This document shows positions 1-11,917 of a stretch of DNA of 64,000 nucleotides, in pieces (the first letter of the stretch is position 1; every line of letters begins with the position of its first letter). The notes beneath the pieces were generated by a model. That model searched no databases. It saw only the letters and a list, made by a program, of their open reading frames with translations, and was not told the DNA's origin. The stretch is from positions 819,122-883,121 of the forward strand of contig MU004233.1 in NCBI GenBank assembly GCA_010405405.1. Direction: 5' to 3'. Source of the DNA: Microthyrium microscopicum (taxonomy: Eukaryota). The position numbers and the translations under genes were made by a program.

Positions 1-1
1 G

Positions 2-1138
2 ATGATGGCAAACGGGTCGATACTCGTAATCGGCGGTGAAAGCGGCTCAAATGGTCCTCCAGTGCCGACATTGGAGTTGCTCCCTCCGGCTGGCGCACCA
101 TTGAACATGCCTTGGTTGAAGAACACTGATCCGAACAATCTCTATCCATTAATGGCAGTCCTACCGAGTGGAAACATCCTCGCAATTGTCTTCAACCAAG
201 CGCTGATTCTCGACGAGAAGACATTCGCAACTGTCCGCACTCTTCCTAATCTGATTGGATTTGTCGATGAGAGCCAGTCCAGTGGCCGAACATATCCTCT
301 GGAAGGGACCATGATGATACTTCCTCAGTATGCGCCATACAGTGATCCTCTTCAGATCTTGATATGCGGTGGAAGTACCATTGGTGCAGCAAATGCCTTG
401 GACAACTGCTTGTCAATTCATCCGGATAATGTAGGCGAAGACTGGAAACTGGAACGGATGCCCTCTCCTCGAGTAATGACTTGCATGGCACCTCTCCCAG
501 ATGGAACGTACCTCATTCTGAATGGCGCCGTTGCAGGTGTTGCCGGATTTGGTCTTGCATCGAACCCAAATTTGAACGCACTGTTATATGATCCAACTAA
601 ACCAATGGGCCAACGAATTAGTATTATGGCAAATACAACCATTGCGCGTCTCTACCACTCGGAAGCAATCACTCTACTCGATGGGCGAGTCCTCGTGACA
701 GGATCTGATCCTGAGGACAAGAAAAATCCTCAAGAATACCGCATTGAAGTCTTCATCCCGCCATATTTGCTGTCAGGAGAACCGAAACCAACCTTTACAA
801 TCACCAATAAGGATTGGTCATACGGCCAGACAATTAGTTTCACAGTAACTTCTGGATCTACTGCTAACCTTCGAGTGTCGCTGCTTGGTGCAGATGTAAG
901 CACTCACGGGAATAGTATGGGTCAGCGAACCTTCTTCCCAGCTGTCTCATGCTCTGGAAACTCGTGTACGGTGACGGCGCCACCGAACGCACATATTTGT
1001 CCTCCAAGTTGGTTTAAAATGTATGTGCTGGATGGATCAATGCCCAGTGATGGAGTCTTTGTAAGAATTGGCGGTGACCCAGGGCAGCTTGGGAACTGGC
1101 CAACAGATCCAGCATTTTCTCCGCTTCCGGGGATCTAA
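2..1138 (+). CDS. Copper radical oxidase / glyoxal oxidase (AA5_1), C-terminal part, 5' truncated by window edge
   Basis: ORF has NLYP, ICGG, PRVM and ARLYHS (Tyr/His copper ligands) motifs, plus STHG and a C-terminal Ig-like/DUF1929-type region typical of glyoxal oxidases. Confidence 0.9.
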   Translation: MMANGSILVIGGESGSNGPPVPTLELLPPAGAPLNMPWLKNTDPNNLYPLMAVLPSGNILAIVFNQALILDEKTFATVRTLPNLIGFVDESQSSGRTYPLEGTMMILPQYAPYSDPLQILICGGSTIGAANALDNCLSIHPDNVGEDWKLERMPSPRVMTCMAPLPDGTYLILNGAVAGVAGFGLASNPNLNALLYDPTKPMGQRISIMANTTIARLYHSEAITLLDGRVLVTGSDPEDKKNPQEYRIEVFIPPYLLSGEPKPTFTITNKDWSYGQTISFTVTSGSTANLRVSLLGADVSTHGNSMGQRTFFPAVSCSGNSCTVTAPPNAHICPPSWFKMYVLDGSMPSDGVFVRIGGDPGQLGNWPTDPAFSPLPGI

Positions 1139-1473
1139 TAGTCATGAAGATTTGATTCAATGCAAATATCATCAATGTTACAGCGGCTGCCTCTGATAGG
1201 CACCAATTTGGATGCATTAGGCTCATTAATGTGCGATGTTGTTTTGGTTTATTCATCTCTGTCGTCTGGCTAAATTTTGCACGCGGCTGGGGCGCTAAGA
1301 CATAAGAAGACTAGCGTGAGTCCATGCTTCCCCGACGTCCTAAACTTTTTTTTATCGAGAATTTCCCCACCACTTCTTCAGCAACTCGAACTTTTTTGCA
1401 CTTTTGCTGTATCCTCCTCAAAACAGCGATAACAGTTGCTCCTTTCATAAAGTCACCGTTAACTCTCTCTAAA

Positions 1474-3072
1474 ATGGCCGCTCTACGCCCTGTCAGCGTT
1501 TATGGACTCAAAGTTCCTCCAAACGGCTTTCGCATCGAGGCTAATCCAGGCCTGCCAGCTGCCGTAAGTCCCAGGTTATGCTGTTCTGCTTCCGACCGCT
1601 AATAATTCTTGTCATTTAGTTCCAAATCACCATGGCTGCCTTGGATCCTACCGAAACAACCATTACTACTGATGGCCCACCTCGCGCAACCTTGAAAATT
1701 GTGCGCAACATTTTCGACGTCGTTGATGATGAAGATGAAGACGATGAGGACTACGATGAAGATGACATTGAGTCCATCCGTCGCCGCCTTGGCCTCACTG
1801 AGGAAGATGACGAAGACGAGTCTGACGAGGAGATGACCAACGGTGGACCCTCTGACCCTACCGCAATCCTCAACGCTATCAAGAAGGCCAATGCCATGGA
1901 TGATGATGAGTCCGACGAGGAATTGACTAATGGCGTCAATGGGGTTTCTAAAGGCAAGGCTCGTGCTATTGACCTCGACGACGATGACCTCTCAGAAGAC
2001 GGCATGACTGAGTATGTCGTCTGCACTCTCGACCCAAACCAGGTATGCCTTTTCACTACTTCTATTTGCTAGTCTAACAAACCTAGCACTATCAACAGCC
2101 CATCAACATTGTCGTTGGTGATAATGAGGAGTGCTACTTCCGTGTTGTTGGCTCGCACACTATCCATCTTACTGGCAACTTCATTGTTCCACCACAAGAG
2201 ATCGACGATTCGGACAATGAAGAGGATGAGGAACTCGATGAGGACTACCTGTACGGTCTTGAGAACGGTCTCGATGGTGAGGATGAAGATGAGTCCGAGG
2301 AAGACGAGCTCGATGATCTGGCCGACCCGCGTATCATGGAGGTAGATTCAGAAGAAGAGGCTCCCAAGTTGGTTAAGGTTGAGCCAACCAAAAAACAAAA
2401 GAACAAGCGCGCTGCCGATGAGGACGAAGTTGAGGCTCCATCAAAGGCAAACTCCAAGAAGCTTAAGACCAATGGTGGTCAAGCTGTCGCTGGCGCTAAA
2501 GCTGAAGTAAAGCCCGAGGAGAAAAAGATTGACACTAAGGACAGCAAAAAGAAAGACAAAAAGGAAGCCAAGAAAGATGTGAAGAAGGAGGCTAAGAAGG
2601 AAGAGACCAGCCCAGCCAATGGTAAGAAGGTGCAATTCGCCGAAAAGCTCGAACAAGGTCCAACACCATCTGGCGGCGTCCAAAAAGGAAAGCGCAACGT
2701 CGGTGGTGTCACTGTTGAGGACAAGAAGGCTGGTACCGGACCAGCAGCAAAGAAGGGCGACAAAGTAGCCATGCGCTACATTGGCAAACTCAAGGATGGA
2801 AAGGTCTTCGACTGTAAGCACTCTCCAGACCCATCCATACCAACATAGGCTAACCGATTTCTTTAGCAAACAAGAAGGGCAAGCCTTTCGACTTCAAGCT
2901 AGGCTCAGGCGAGGTCATCAAAGGCTGGGATGTCGGTGTTGCCGGCATGAGTGTTGGTGCTGAGCGCCGCATTACTGTTCCAGCAAAGATGGCGTATGGC
3001 AACCAAGACATGCCCGGCATACCGAAGGGCTCTGAGCTCACCTTCGATCTCAAGTTGATCTCCATCAATTAG
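1474..3072 (+). CDS. FPR4: Nucleolar FKBP-type peptidyl-prolyl isomerase (nucleoplasmin-like N-terminus, acidic/basic tracts, C-terminal FKBP domain)
   Basis: Exons 1474-1563, 1620-2042, 2087-2813, 2867-3072 joined by GT-AG introns; [14 protein letters not shown] and HLTGN in the NPL domain; MRYIGKL..GKVFD and [15 protein letters not shown] in the FKBP domain. Confidence 0.93.
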
Positions 3073-3811
3073 AGACCTCTCTCTTCGATGGCGTATTTGG
3101 ACCCTGCACAAACCCAATTCCTCTCTGTGTATAGTCACCACCTCACCCCTCCGGCGCCGCATTCTTTCTTGAACACAAAGCTTGGTTACCAAACAATACC
3201 GGGAATGTTCAACATCTGTTAGTCTTTGGCTCGGGGCTGTCTCATTATTATCTCATTTCTGTTTGGCTGCGGGACGTTTGTCTCTTCTGTTTCTTTATAC
3301 AGCATCATGATATCCGACTTGCATTTGCTGTCTACGGGCTATGACCTGGGAGACTTTGACGGTGGTGCTCATGCAGGGATGAGGATATTCTTGCTGGTGT
3401 GGGTTTTTGACAGGCTGCATTATTCTTATTCGGCTTCTTGTTAATGCGTCTTGCGCTTCAAACCAGTCTGGCAGAAAATGTACTAGTGTTGCCAATGGTT
3501 CAAAAGCCGGTGTTTGGAATGGGTAGATAATGAATGGAATATATATTGAAAAGAAGACGTGTATTAAAAAGACGAGGTCCAGAACTACATAGTGAAAGAT
3601 TATTATCCGAAAAATGAGGATGCAAGTCCTGTGCACCCGGACAGATTGAGCTAAACGTTGAATCCAAACAGACCAATTGCCAACAAATTCAGTCGATGGT
3701 TGCTGTCGACATGGGGGTATCATAAGAAAAGGGTATATCGCAAACATCATCATCCTCCACCTGCTCATCCAACATCTCTTCTCATCCCCCACAATGTATT
3801 CTTAATCACCA

Positions 3812-4483
3812 CTACTCCTGCTTCCGCCACGCCTTCTCTCGTCTCCTCTTGCGCGCCAAAGCCTCACTCCAGACCCCCAAAAATAGATCCTCGCACTCAT
3901 CTTCATCCTGGCTATCAAACTCCACACTCTCATCCACCATCGTCACGCTCGACGCATCACTCTCCCTCCTAACCGCCATATCCGGTTTAGCAATCGTAGC
4001 TCCCATATCGTCGAACTGACAATCCTCCCATAACACACTGCGCACCGTACGCTTAGTTTCCAGAATGACTTTGCCGACTTTATACTGCTGACTCTCCTCT
4101 TCGGCCGCGACGTATTTCCAGCCCAAGATGGAGCCGCAGAGCGCACAGGAGAGATCTGCTACTGTATGTGCTCCTGTTGCTAGTTGGCGCGGCTGCGGTT
4201 TGTGTGTGGTTGTATTTGGTAGGGCGGATGCGCCTGCTATGGGAGTGGATTGTGTGGGCGCGATCAGGTAGGCGCGTCCATGGCGGCCGGTGAAGCCTTT
4301 GCTGATTATGGCGGTTGTGGGACATAGGTGCGCGAGACAGCGGGAGCAGCGGAGGAGGGATGTTGAGCCGGAGAGGTAGGGTTCTTCGCTGGCGGTGCTG
4401 GAGGAGCTGGAGCGGCGGCGGAAGGGGTTGCTGGGTATCAAGTAGTTGGGGAATGTTGCGGTTAGGCTGTTGAGGATGGGCAT
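3812..4483 (-). CDS. Yippee/Mis18-family zinc-binding protein
   Basis: CSRC and CALC pairs; GFTGRHGRAYL, LATGAHTVAD, LGWKY and QYKVGKVILE motifs; likely start MPILNS at 4483 (the ORF track extends further upstream). Confidence 0.85.
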   Translation of the reverse strand: MPILNSLTATFPNYLIPSNPFRRRSSSSSTASEEPYLSGSTSLLRCSRCLAHLCPTTAIISKGFTGRHGRAYLIAPTQSTPIAGASALPNTTTHKPQPRQLATGAHTVADLSCALCGSILGWKYVAAEEESQQYKVGKVILETKRTVRSVLWEDCQFDDMGATIAKPDMAVRRESDASSVTMVDESVEFDSQDEDECEDLFLGVWSEALARKRRREKAWRKQE

Positions 4484-5782
4484 TGCGGCTGTGGTAAGGA
4501 TGTGGTTGTAACGGGTGCGTTGGGCCAAGAATACGGCCACGAAAGAATATGTAAATAAGAGACTTTTATGTTTAGTGTGAGGAGAGCCGGAGATATTTGC
4601 GATATATGCAGGTGAAAGGCAGGTACATGAATGGCTTGAAGATGGCTTGATCTGACGATACGATATCAAAAGGAAGGGAGATTAAGCGGGGTCGTTTGCA
4701 GCCGAATCGTCATTGCCCGTTGAATGGCTTGAAAGGCTGGGGTTGGTCACTCTTGATTGGTCAAGATCTTTTAATGTATGAGGTTAATCCAACCGTGAAT
4801 ATTACAGATCCTGATGAGCGTTTTAACCACCATCTCCTCCAATTTCAAGTAGAATAATTTGACTGTCGGTTTTGGACATTTTTAGCATCATTACAGAGTT
4901 TCTAAAAAAATCTAGGTACATTTTGACGTCGTGGTGGACTGAAGAATGTCTGTGACTGCTCTGAATCTTGGAAGCAAGGACGGCAGCCACTGAACACGGA
5001 GAAAATTGTCACCGTCACACCGATCTGAGGCGTCGGTGATGCATAAAAACAGTGGAACTCAACCTTTTTTTCATGTGCAGAACGTGTGACTCGTGAACTT
5101 TGCGGCATGTCAATAGATGGACCAGATACTGGTGCGCTCCATACTTTATGCTACGTACTATCATCAAGTGCATCACTGGCCAAAGGCGCTGTTGATGTGT
5201 GAAATAGTTCTCGATTACGATTGGGAACAAAGCTGCTTTTCCCTAATAACGTCCATGGAATCTAGCGTGACTGATGGAAGCATGCAGTACATTTCTGGTT
5301 TTTCCACATTCAAATTCTTTGATGGTCTGGAGCGTTAAGGTACTAGTACTTGACGTATAGCACTCGCAGCTACTCTATGACTCTTATCATTTCTCCCAGT
5401 ACCTCAGGTTAGAGTATACTTCGAGTAAGAAAATATAGAACTAACAGAGATCTCTCTCAAAACTCCGCGAGGTCGAGTGGCATGGCTTAGTTCACACATC
5501 GGGAAGGCCAAACATTGACTAGTAGATCTGCTTGTGTGCTAAAACTGCAAATAGCATATAGCACATCACTTTATTGACTGAGGTATACAGATTGATTGAG
5601 CCGACTCACGCTAGTACTACTCGAAGTTCAGTTTGCAAAGCTGACAGCCTCGGCTCTAGTATACCAGTATCACACTCTAAAGTCCACAGTCTATTTCGGA
5701 TTTGTCAGTAGTATATACAACAGCATTGCTTTGTAGCAGTGCTTTATAACCCAACGAAGAGTGAAAGAACTTTGTTTACAAA

Positions 5783-6363
5783 ATGGCCACCTCAATATCA
5801 GTAAAGTCTATGGACCACGTAGTCCTCACCGTAAAATCCGTCGACGCAACAGTAAAATTCTATACCGAAATCCTAGGCATGAAGCACGAAAGCTTCTGTT
5901 CGCCAAGAAATCCCGAAGTAACACGGTAAGTAAAGCATACTTTTACATACCTTGGCAATCCTACCGAGACTTTCTCGCTACGCAAAGCACTATCTAATCA
6001 GTTCGCATCTGATATGTACACAGACACGCGCTCATTTTCGGCAACCAGAAGATCAATCTTCACAGCGCGGCATCTCCGTGGGAGCCGCACGCACAAACAC
6101 CACTTTCAGGGTCCGCAGATCTGTGCTTCCTCACAGACATGCCCGTCGAGCAAGTACACACGCAGCTGAATGAAGCCGGTGTGACTGTTCTTGAAGATAA
6201 CAAGGTCGTTTCACGGGTTGGAGCGGTTGGTAAGCTGCGTAGTGTTTATGTGCGAGATCCTGATGGGAACTTGATTGAGTAAGTCTGGTGCGAGTTCAAT
6301 TCGCTTTCGGACGAGAGCGAGCGGTTCGATGCTGACAATGGTAGGATCTCAAATTATGAGTAA
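5783..6363 (+). CDS. Glyoxalase/VOC-family protein (GLOD5-like)
   Basis: Not in the ORF track. Exons 5783-5925, 6024-6278, 6345-6363 give MDHVVLTVKSVDATVKFY..LGM, FGNQKINLH, GSADLCF and SVYVRDPDGNLIEISNY. Confidence 0.9.
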
Positions 6364-8442
6364 AGATCAATGAAACATTGATGGGTCCAATGGTCCAATT
6401 GGGAGATGAGGCCGAATTGCGAGTAGGGGGTTTAAAGCAATATATATCCGTATAGCGTGCGAAGTCTACGCCTGACTGGGAAATGTTCTAGAAAAGGCAA
6501 TTCAGGTCCCTTGTCCAAGCTTCAAAGAGTTGTACCTGTGTTTCAGCGATGGTTACCTTAGTCAAGTAGGGAAAAGGACCTTATTAAACACAATCCATCA
6601 GCTACATCTGGCCAAGAACGTTTTGTTACTCAACATGTGATGAGCTTGGCCTTGATACCTTGGTACATGCTCAGTATTTGAGCAGAATCTCGGAAATCTC
6701 GGGCTTGACTAAATTCAATTATCAAGTGGCGGATCTGATAGACGATCACTAAAGCTCTTTCCAGGTCTTGACATTTCATGGCTCATGGTAGGTATATTAG
6801 ATGACCTGGGGTATAATGCGCTCGTTATTGGTGTGCGCCATCCCAGCGATTTCGCGTACCTAGTATAGCTACTGAACAGATTAGATGGCGAAGAGTGAAT
6901 ACGGGCGTGACCTCGAATAAGATGGGGACGGCGAGACAGGATGGCGGTCAAACTGTGGTTCTTTGGAAACGCAGTCACATTCAGGTAGGCGCGTTGAAAT
7001 GACACGTCCGTAGTGTTCAACGTGACTGTCTCGGGCCGAATCACGCGTAATATTGAAGAATAAACAGAATGCAATGTTCTGGTAGAAATGGACGCCACAG
7101 CCGATATTGAAAAGAGGATCACTCTTGGCAGGATTTGGGTCGCGTGTCTTGCCTGCTCTCCAACTTCAATCCACTTCTTGCCATTCTCATCACCTTGCTA
7201 GAGCAGATCAATCTCCCTTCAAGCTTCCGACTTTATCTATGACGACTAGAATTATCCCCGTGATGCTTCTGCACATCTCTGAAATCACCATGGAATATCC
7301 GCGAGGACTCAGGAGCCTCAGACAGCCATACGCGAGCAAATTCTGCTGCAGTGCTGGAACATCCCGAAATCCGGTACTCAAGAAAACTGATCCACGGATC
7401 TAAGTGATAAAGACCCCTGGACTGTTAAAATACAAGATCAATTGCGAAGACGAGCAGAGCCGCAATGACCGCTTCTATAGGCGGCGACCTCAGGTACCGA
7501 TTATAGTTCACCAGCACACGAGGGTCTTGAGCCTCTATGTATCACTAACAAGTAATTGTTTTCGACCTTGAATTTTACACAGCGAATTCTGAGCGTATTC
7601 ACTTAGTGTGCCCATGCACTTGCCGCAATTACATAACCCGCATGCCCAGTTCGCAGTTTCAGCTTGAAATCGGCTCATTGGAAGGGCACTGGCCTCGCAT
7701 CTAGAAGCCAAGGGTTATATACAAATCTTTATATTAACTACATATAGTGTCCAAGGCTTCTTTTACTCTTCGTCCAATGGCCAACAAACACCACGTATAC
7801 CCTGAGCTTTCCAAGGGTTCCCACCCCGCAAAGAGGAGTTTAAATTTATATGCTCACCAGGCACTATCAACGATTCAACGCTAGAATCGTCAAGATACCC
7901 AAGAAAAAAACATAGGATCTACCTAATCAGATTGCACGACTTTTTGAGATCAAAGTCCGAGGGAGCGCCTCCTGCTGTTCAAAATCCCAGTGCTGCTCCT
8001 ATGAACTTGCTCACCCAAGCCCTCGAGCGCAGAATCGTGGGGCTGACCTGGTTCAAGTCTAGTATATTACGAGACTCTATTGCGAGAGTGGAAACCTCCA
8101 ATTAACAGACATGCCTAGGTCTAGTTCTAGGTCACCAGACCCCCGGACTGTGGCGGCTGGGCGGGTACCTTATTGTATGAGATGAAGGAGCAATAACGCC
8201 TACAAGATCAAACATCACATTGTTAATTTGGGTATACATCCATTCGCTACATCGTATATGTCCGTGATGAGCCGCCTCCCCGATCTAGCGTATTTACATT
8301 AAATCCCTTCCTTTATATTTGGCCTCACATATCTTCCCCAGGTCTCGTCTTTTTTCCCTTACGCGGGTCTTCCTTCTTTCGTTTTGTTGTTTCTAGCCAG
8401 ACTGTGTCGGCAATCCATTCTTTTAGTCCCCTTTCGGTCATC

Positions 8443-11368
8443 ATGAAGACCATCAGTGCCATTTTGGCTGCTGCCTTATTGGCGGCACCAAGTGTTGCAC
8501 ACGTCGCTATCAAACCACCAAACCCAGACAAGTGGTTGACACCAAACTCGTCGACAGCGCCAGAAGGATGCAAGCTTCTAGCGTCAGACAAGGGCTTCCC
8601 ATCGGAAGATGAAGTCCTCAAGGCGTTCCCAAAGGCTTTCCGGAAGATGAAGGGAACTGAGGGCCCAGATTTCTGGATCCAGCCTCAATCAGTGGAGGAG
8701 GTGCAAAAGGCAGTCAACTTTGCCCGCGAGAAGAACATCCGTCTCAATGTTATCACATCTGGTCACGATTTTCACGGACGGTAAGTTTTATACTGGGCCC
8801 TTTTTGAGCTATAGCGCTAACCCTTTTCAGTGAGGATCAACGATCCGGTCTTCGTCTGGATATGGCCGCCTTCATCGAGCCAACCGTCTTCTCCAACGAG
8901 TGGAAGTGCGGTGACACCCTCAAGCCCAAGGTTAATGGCAAGCACGTAGACACAATTGCCTGCAAGGTACCCAGTAAGCGAGACAACGTCGGCCACGGAA
9001 TTGCTGGCCGCAACTGGGACTATGTCCACTTCGTCAAGCGTGACGGTGCGGAAGAGAGCTGTGAGACTCTTCTCAAGCGAAGCAACCGATTGGGCAGACG
9101 CCATGGGCCAGATGCCGACGACCACGCCATGCCAGCAGCAAAAGAGGCACCAACTGGAGCCAAGAAGGACCCAGTCGACCAAAAGTCAGTCAAGTTCAAC
9201 ACCGCCAAGCCATATGAGTGGGCGCAGAAGACTGGCTTTGAGAACACTGCTCCAGCTCAGATCGTCGATAGTTACAACAAGATCACTCCTCTCCCAGGTA
9301 AGGGAGCCTATGTTCGCGTTACTGCTGGTATGTACAATGAGAAGCTCTACAGCCAAGCTCATGAGATGGGTTTGATGACATTGGGCGCTCAACACGGTGT
9401 AAGTTGCACCCCTATGAGATGATGTAGAGATTTGGTTTCTGACAAACACAGGGTGTCAGCACTCTCGGTGGCTGGATGCAAGCTGGTGGACACAACCCAT
9501 TCGCCCACAAGCAAGGTATGATGGTCGACAACGTTCTTGAAATCGAAGTCGTCACCACAGACGGCAAATTCCAAAAGGTTTCTGAATGCAACAACCCCGA
9601 ACTTTACTGGGCTCTCCGTGGAGGTGGAGGAGGAACTTTCGGTGTTGTCACCGGTGCTACCATCCGAGCCTTCCCAACATTCCCTGTCACAGTCGCCCGC
9701 TTCTTTGTCAATGCCACCGAGCCATACGATTACAAGCTCATGAAGGCTGTTGGCCACTTCCTCCAAAAAGGTGCTCACCTCCGTGACACCTATGGTCTGC
9801 AAGGTTACTTCTACGTTTACCCCAACGCCTTCCACTCTGTTCTTCACATGCCCGATGAGTTTGCCAAGCTTGACAACGCTAAGAAGGCTGTCGCTGAAAT
9901 CCAAGGAGAAATGGAGAAGATTGCCGGCGGAAAGCACATCGAGCCCAACTTCTACGAGCACAAGTCTTACAAGGCCTGGTACGTCGCCGAAATGGGAGAT
10001 GAAGCTATGGAAGAATCTGGCGAGAAGTTCCACTCCTGGTACGACGGTGCTTGGGGTGATGCTCCATCCGCTGAAGATGTCATGATGAACCCAATGCTTG
10101 TTATCCCATACAGACTCCAAGAGGCCAAGCTCCCAAAGCAGGCAAACAAGATGAAGCGTGATGTCGACATTGAAGCCGCTGCTCAAGCTGCCACCAGCGT
10201 TCTCCGCACCCAGCCTCAAGGCCGCACATATCTCGACTCCCGTCTCCTCAGCGACAAGCAAGTCAACTCTGTCAGCATCGACGACCTCGCCAAGGCCGTC
10301 AACGCCACTTTCCCACGAACCGTCGCCAACCATTTCCGTGGTTTCTTGTATGGTGGTGGAGCCCAAGCTAAGCCTGCTAAGGATGCCATGGGTCTTCTCC
10401 CGGATTGGCGTGACATGACCTTCCATTTCATCATCAACGCTCTTCCAGGTAGCAGCCGTCACGACTACAACATCCGCGCCTTCGACAAGATCTTCCCCGA
10501 TGCTGGTGCCTACGTCAACGAGGCCTCGCCAGGTGAGCCACAATGGAAGAAGAAGTTCTGGGGCAGCCACTACGAGAAGCTCGAGAGCATCAAGAAGAAG
10601 GTCGATCCCAACAACGTCCTCTGGTGCTCACCATGCGTTGGTGCCGATCTCCTCTCCTACGATGACGAGCGTCTCTGCAAGAACAAGGCCTATCCCCAAG
10701 CTGGTTCATCCCCACAGACCTACGAGAACACCGAGTCCAAGATCGGTATTGCCTCCTTGCCAGGTGTTCCCGGTATTCCCAACCCACTCCTCCCCATCAT
10801 TCAGGGATGGATGGCCAACAAGACTCTTCCCACCAAGATGCCCGCGTCCAACTTCTTCAAGATGGCCATGGGCCAAGGAGGTTCCTCCGGTGGACGCTGG
10901 TCCGTCGGTGAGCCCGCCGCAAAGGCCGGCGGTGCACCCGAGGGTCACGGCCACGGCGGCATGGAAGGTATGGAAGGTATGGGCGGTATGGGCCACGGAG
11001 CCGCGCCAGCTGCTTCTCCAGCACCAATCTCTCCATCAAACACTGAGCACAAGGACTCGCCCGATAAGGCACCACCCGCACCAGTTGCATCTGCACCAGC
11101 GGCCCCAGCGGCTGCCAGTCCAGCAGCAAGCGCCAGCCCCAAGCCACCAAAGGCACCCAAGCCACCAAGAAGCAAGGGCAAGGGCAAGAGCGGAGGTCTT
11201 ATGGGTAAGTCACAATCTTTTCCTGGCGCTGGAAGCATCGGGGCTTTGATAAGTGAGCTTGGAGGTGACAATTTACTAGGCTGGTTGACTGGAAAGGCTG
11301 TGGGAGCTAATCGTGAGGAGGGTTTAATGGCTGCGGACTACATGTCTGAGCAGGAAGCTGAGGCATAG
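8443..11368 (+). CDS. Secreted FAD-linked oxidoreductase (VAO/PCMH fold, berberine-bridge-enzyme-like) with long insertion and low-complexity C-terminal tail
   Basis: Signal peptide MKTISAILAAALLAAPSVA; SGHDFHGR, GGWMQAGGH, DNVLEIEVVT, WALRGGGGGTFGVVT; BBE motif GAYVNE...FWGSHYEKL..IKKKVDP. Introns 8781-8830 and 9399-9451, possible in-frame intron 11205-11279. Confidence 0.88.
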
Positions 11369-11629
11369 ATATCCACTTTATAGGGTCGAATCCAAGCTTG
11401 CACTGTTTCTTTTCGTCAAAGGTTTCCTTCAATGTGTCCAGAGTATCAGTGTAAGTGCACGAAGCATCTCTTGTCAACCTACATCGCTTCGAACAACCAT
11501 ATGCGTGAAGCCAGCATTCTCATGGTCAACAATAATGGAAGCTTTCGTACAAGATGGATGTTGTGACACAACTGTCTTTACGCCAAAGATAATGCTCCCC
11601 TTTCCAAGGCACAATGTGACAGAATTTCG

Positions 11630-11636
11630 TGAGTCA
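11630..11636. promoter_or_regulatory. Gcn4/CpcA (cross-pathway control) response element TGAGTCA
   Basis: Perfect TGA(C/G)TCA about 280 nt upstream of the HIS7 ATG; histidine biosynthesis genes are classic general-control targets. Confidence 0.5.
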
Positions 11637-11917
11637 TCGCCAGCAGCCAGTTTCCTCGAACCCAAACCATGGCGAGACTTTCAATCCTATATTCCTCGTT
11701 TTCTCTAAGCATTTCATTTTCCGACGAAAACAGCACAAGAGTGCAAAAGCTTGATTCCTACACAGGCAAGGCCAAAGAAAGGGGTCCATAAACACTGAGT
11801 GCCATTTTCAGTTGCTGGTGGGGCAGGCAAACAGCTTCTCTCCAAGTTACACTTTTTTTCTCCGAGATCGCTGGAAGTTTACCTTTCTCCCTTCTACGTT
11901 TTATCAGTGAAGTAAAA

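Noticed and set aside
1724..2610. GAT/GAG and AAG-rich repetitive tracts
   Set aside because: They encode the normal acidic and basic tracts of Fpr4
3295..3792. 165-aa minus-strand ORF downstream of the yippee gene
   Set aside because: Lies in the probable 3' UTR; low-complexity hydrophobic translation with no motifs
9389..10570. 393-aa minus-strand ORF
   Set aside because: Antisense shadow of the codon-biased FAD oxidase; no recognisable motifs
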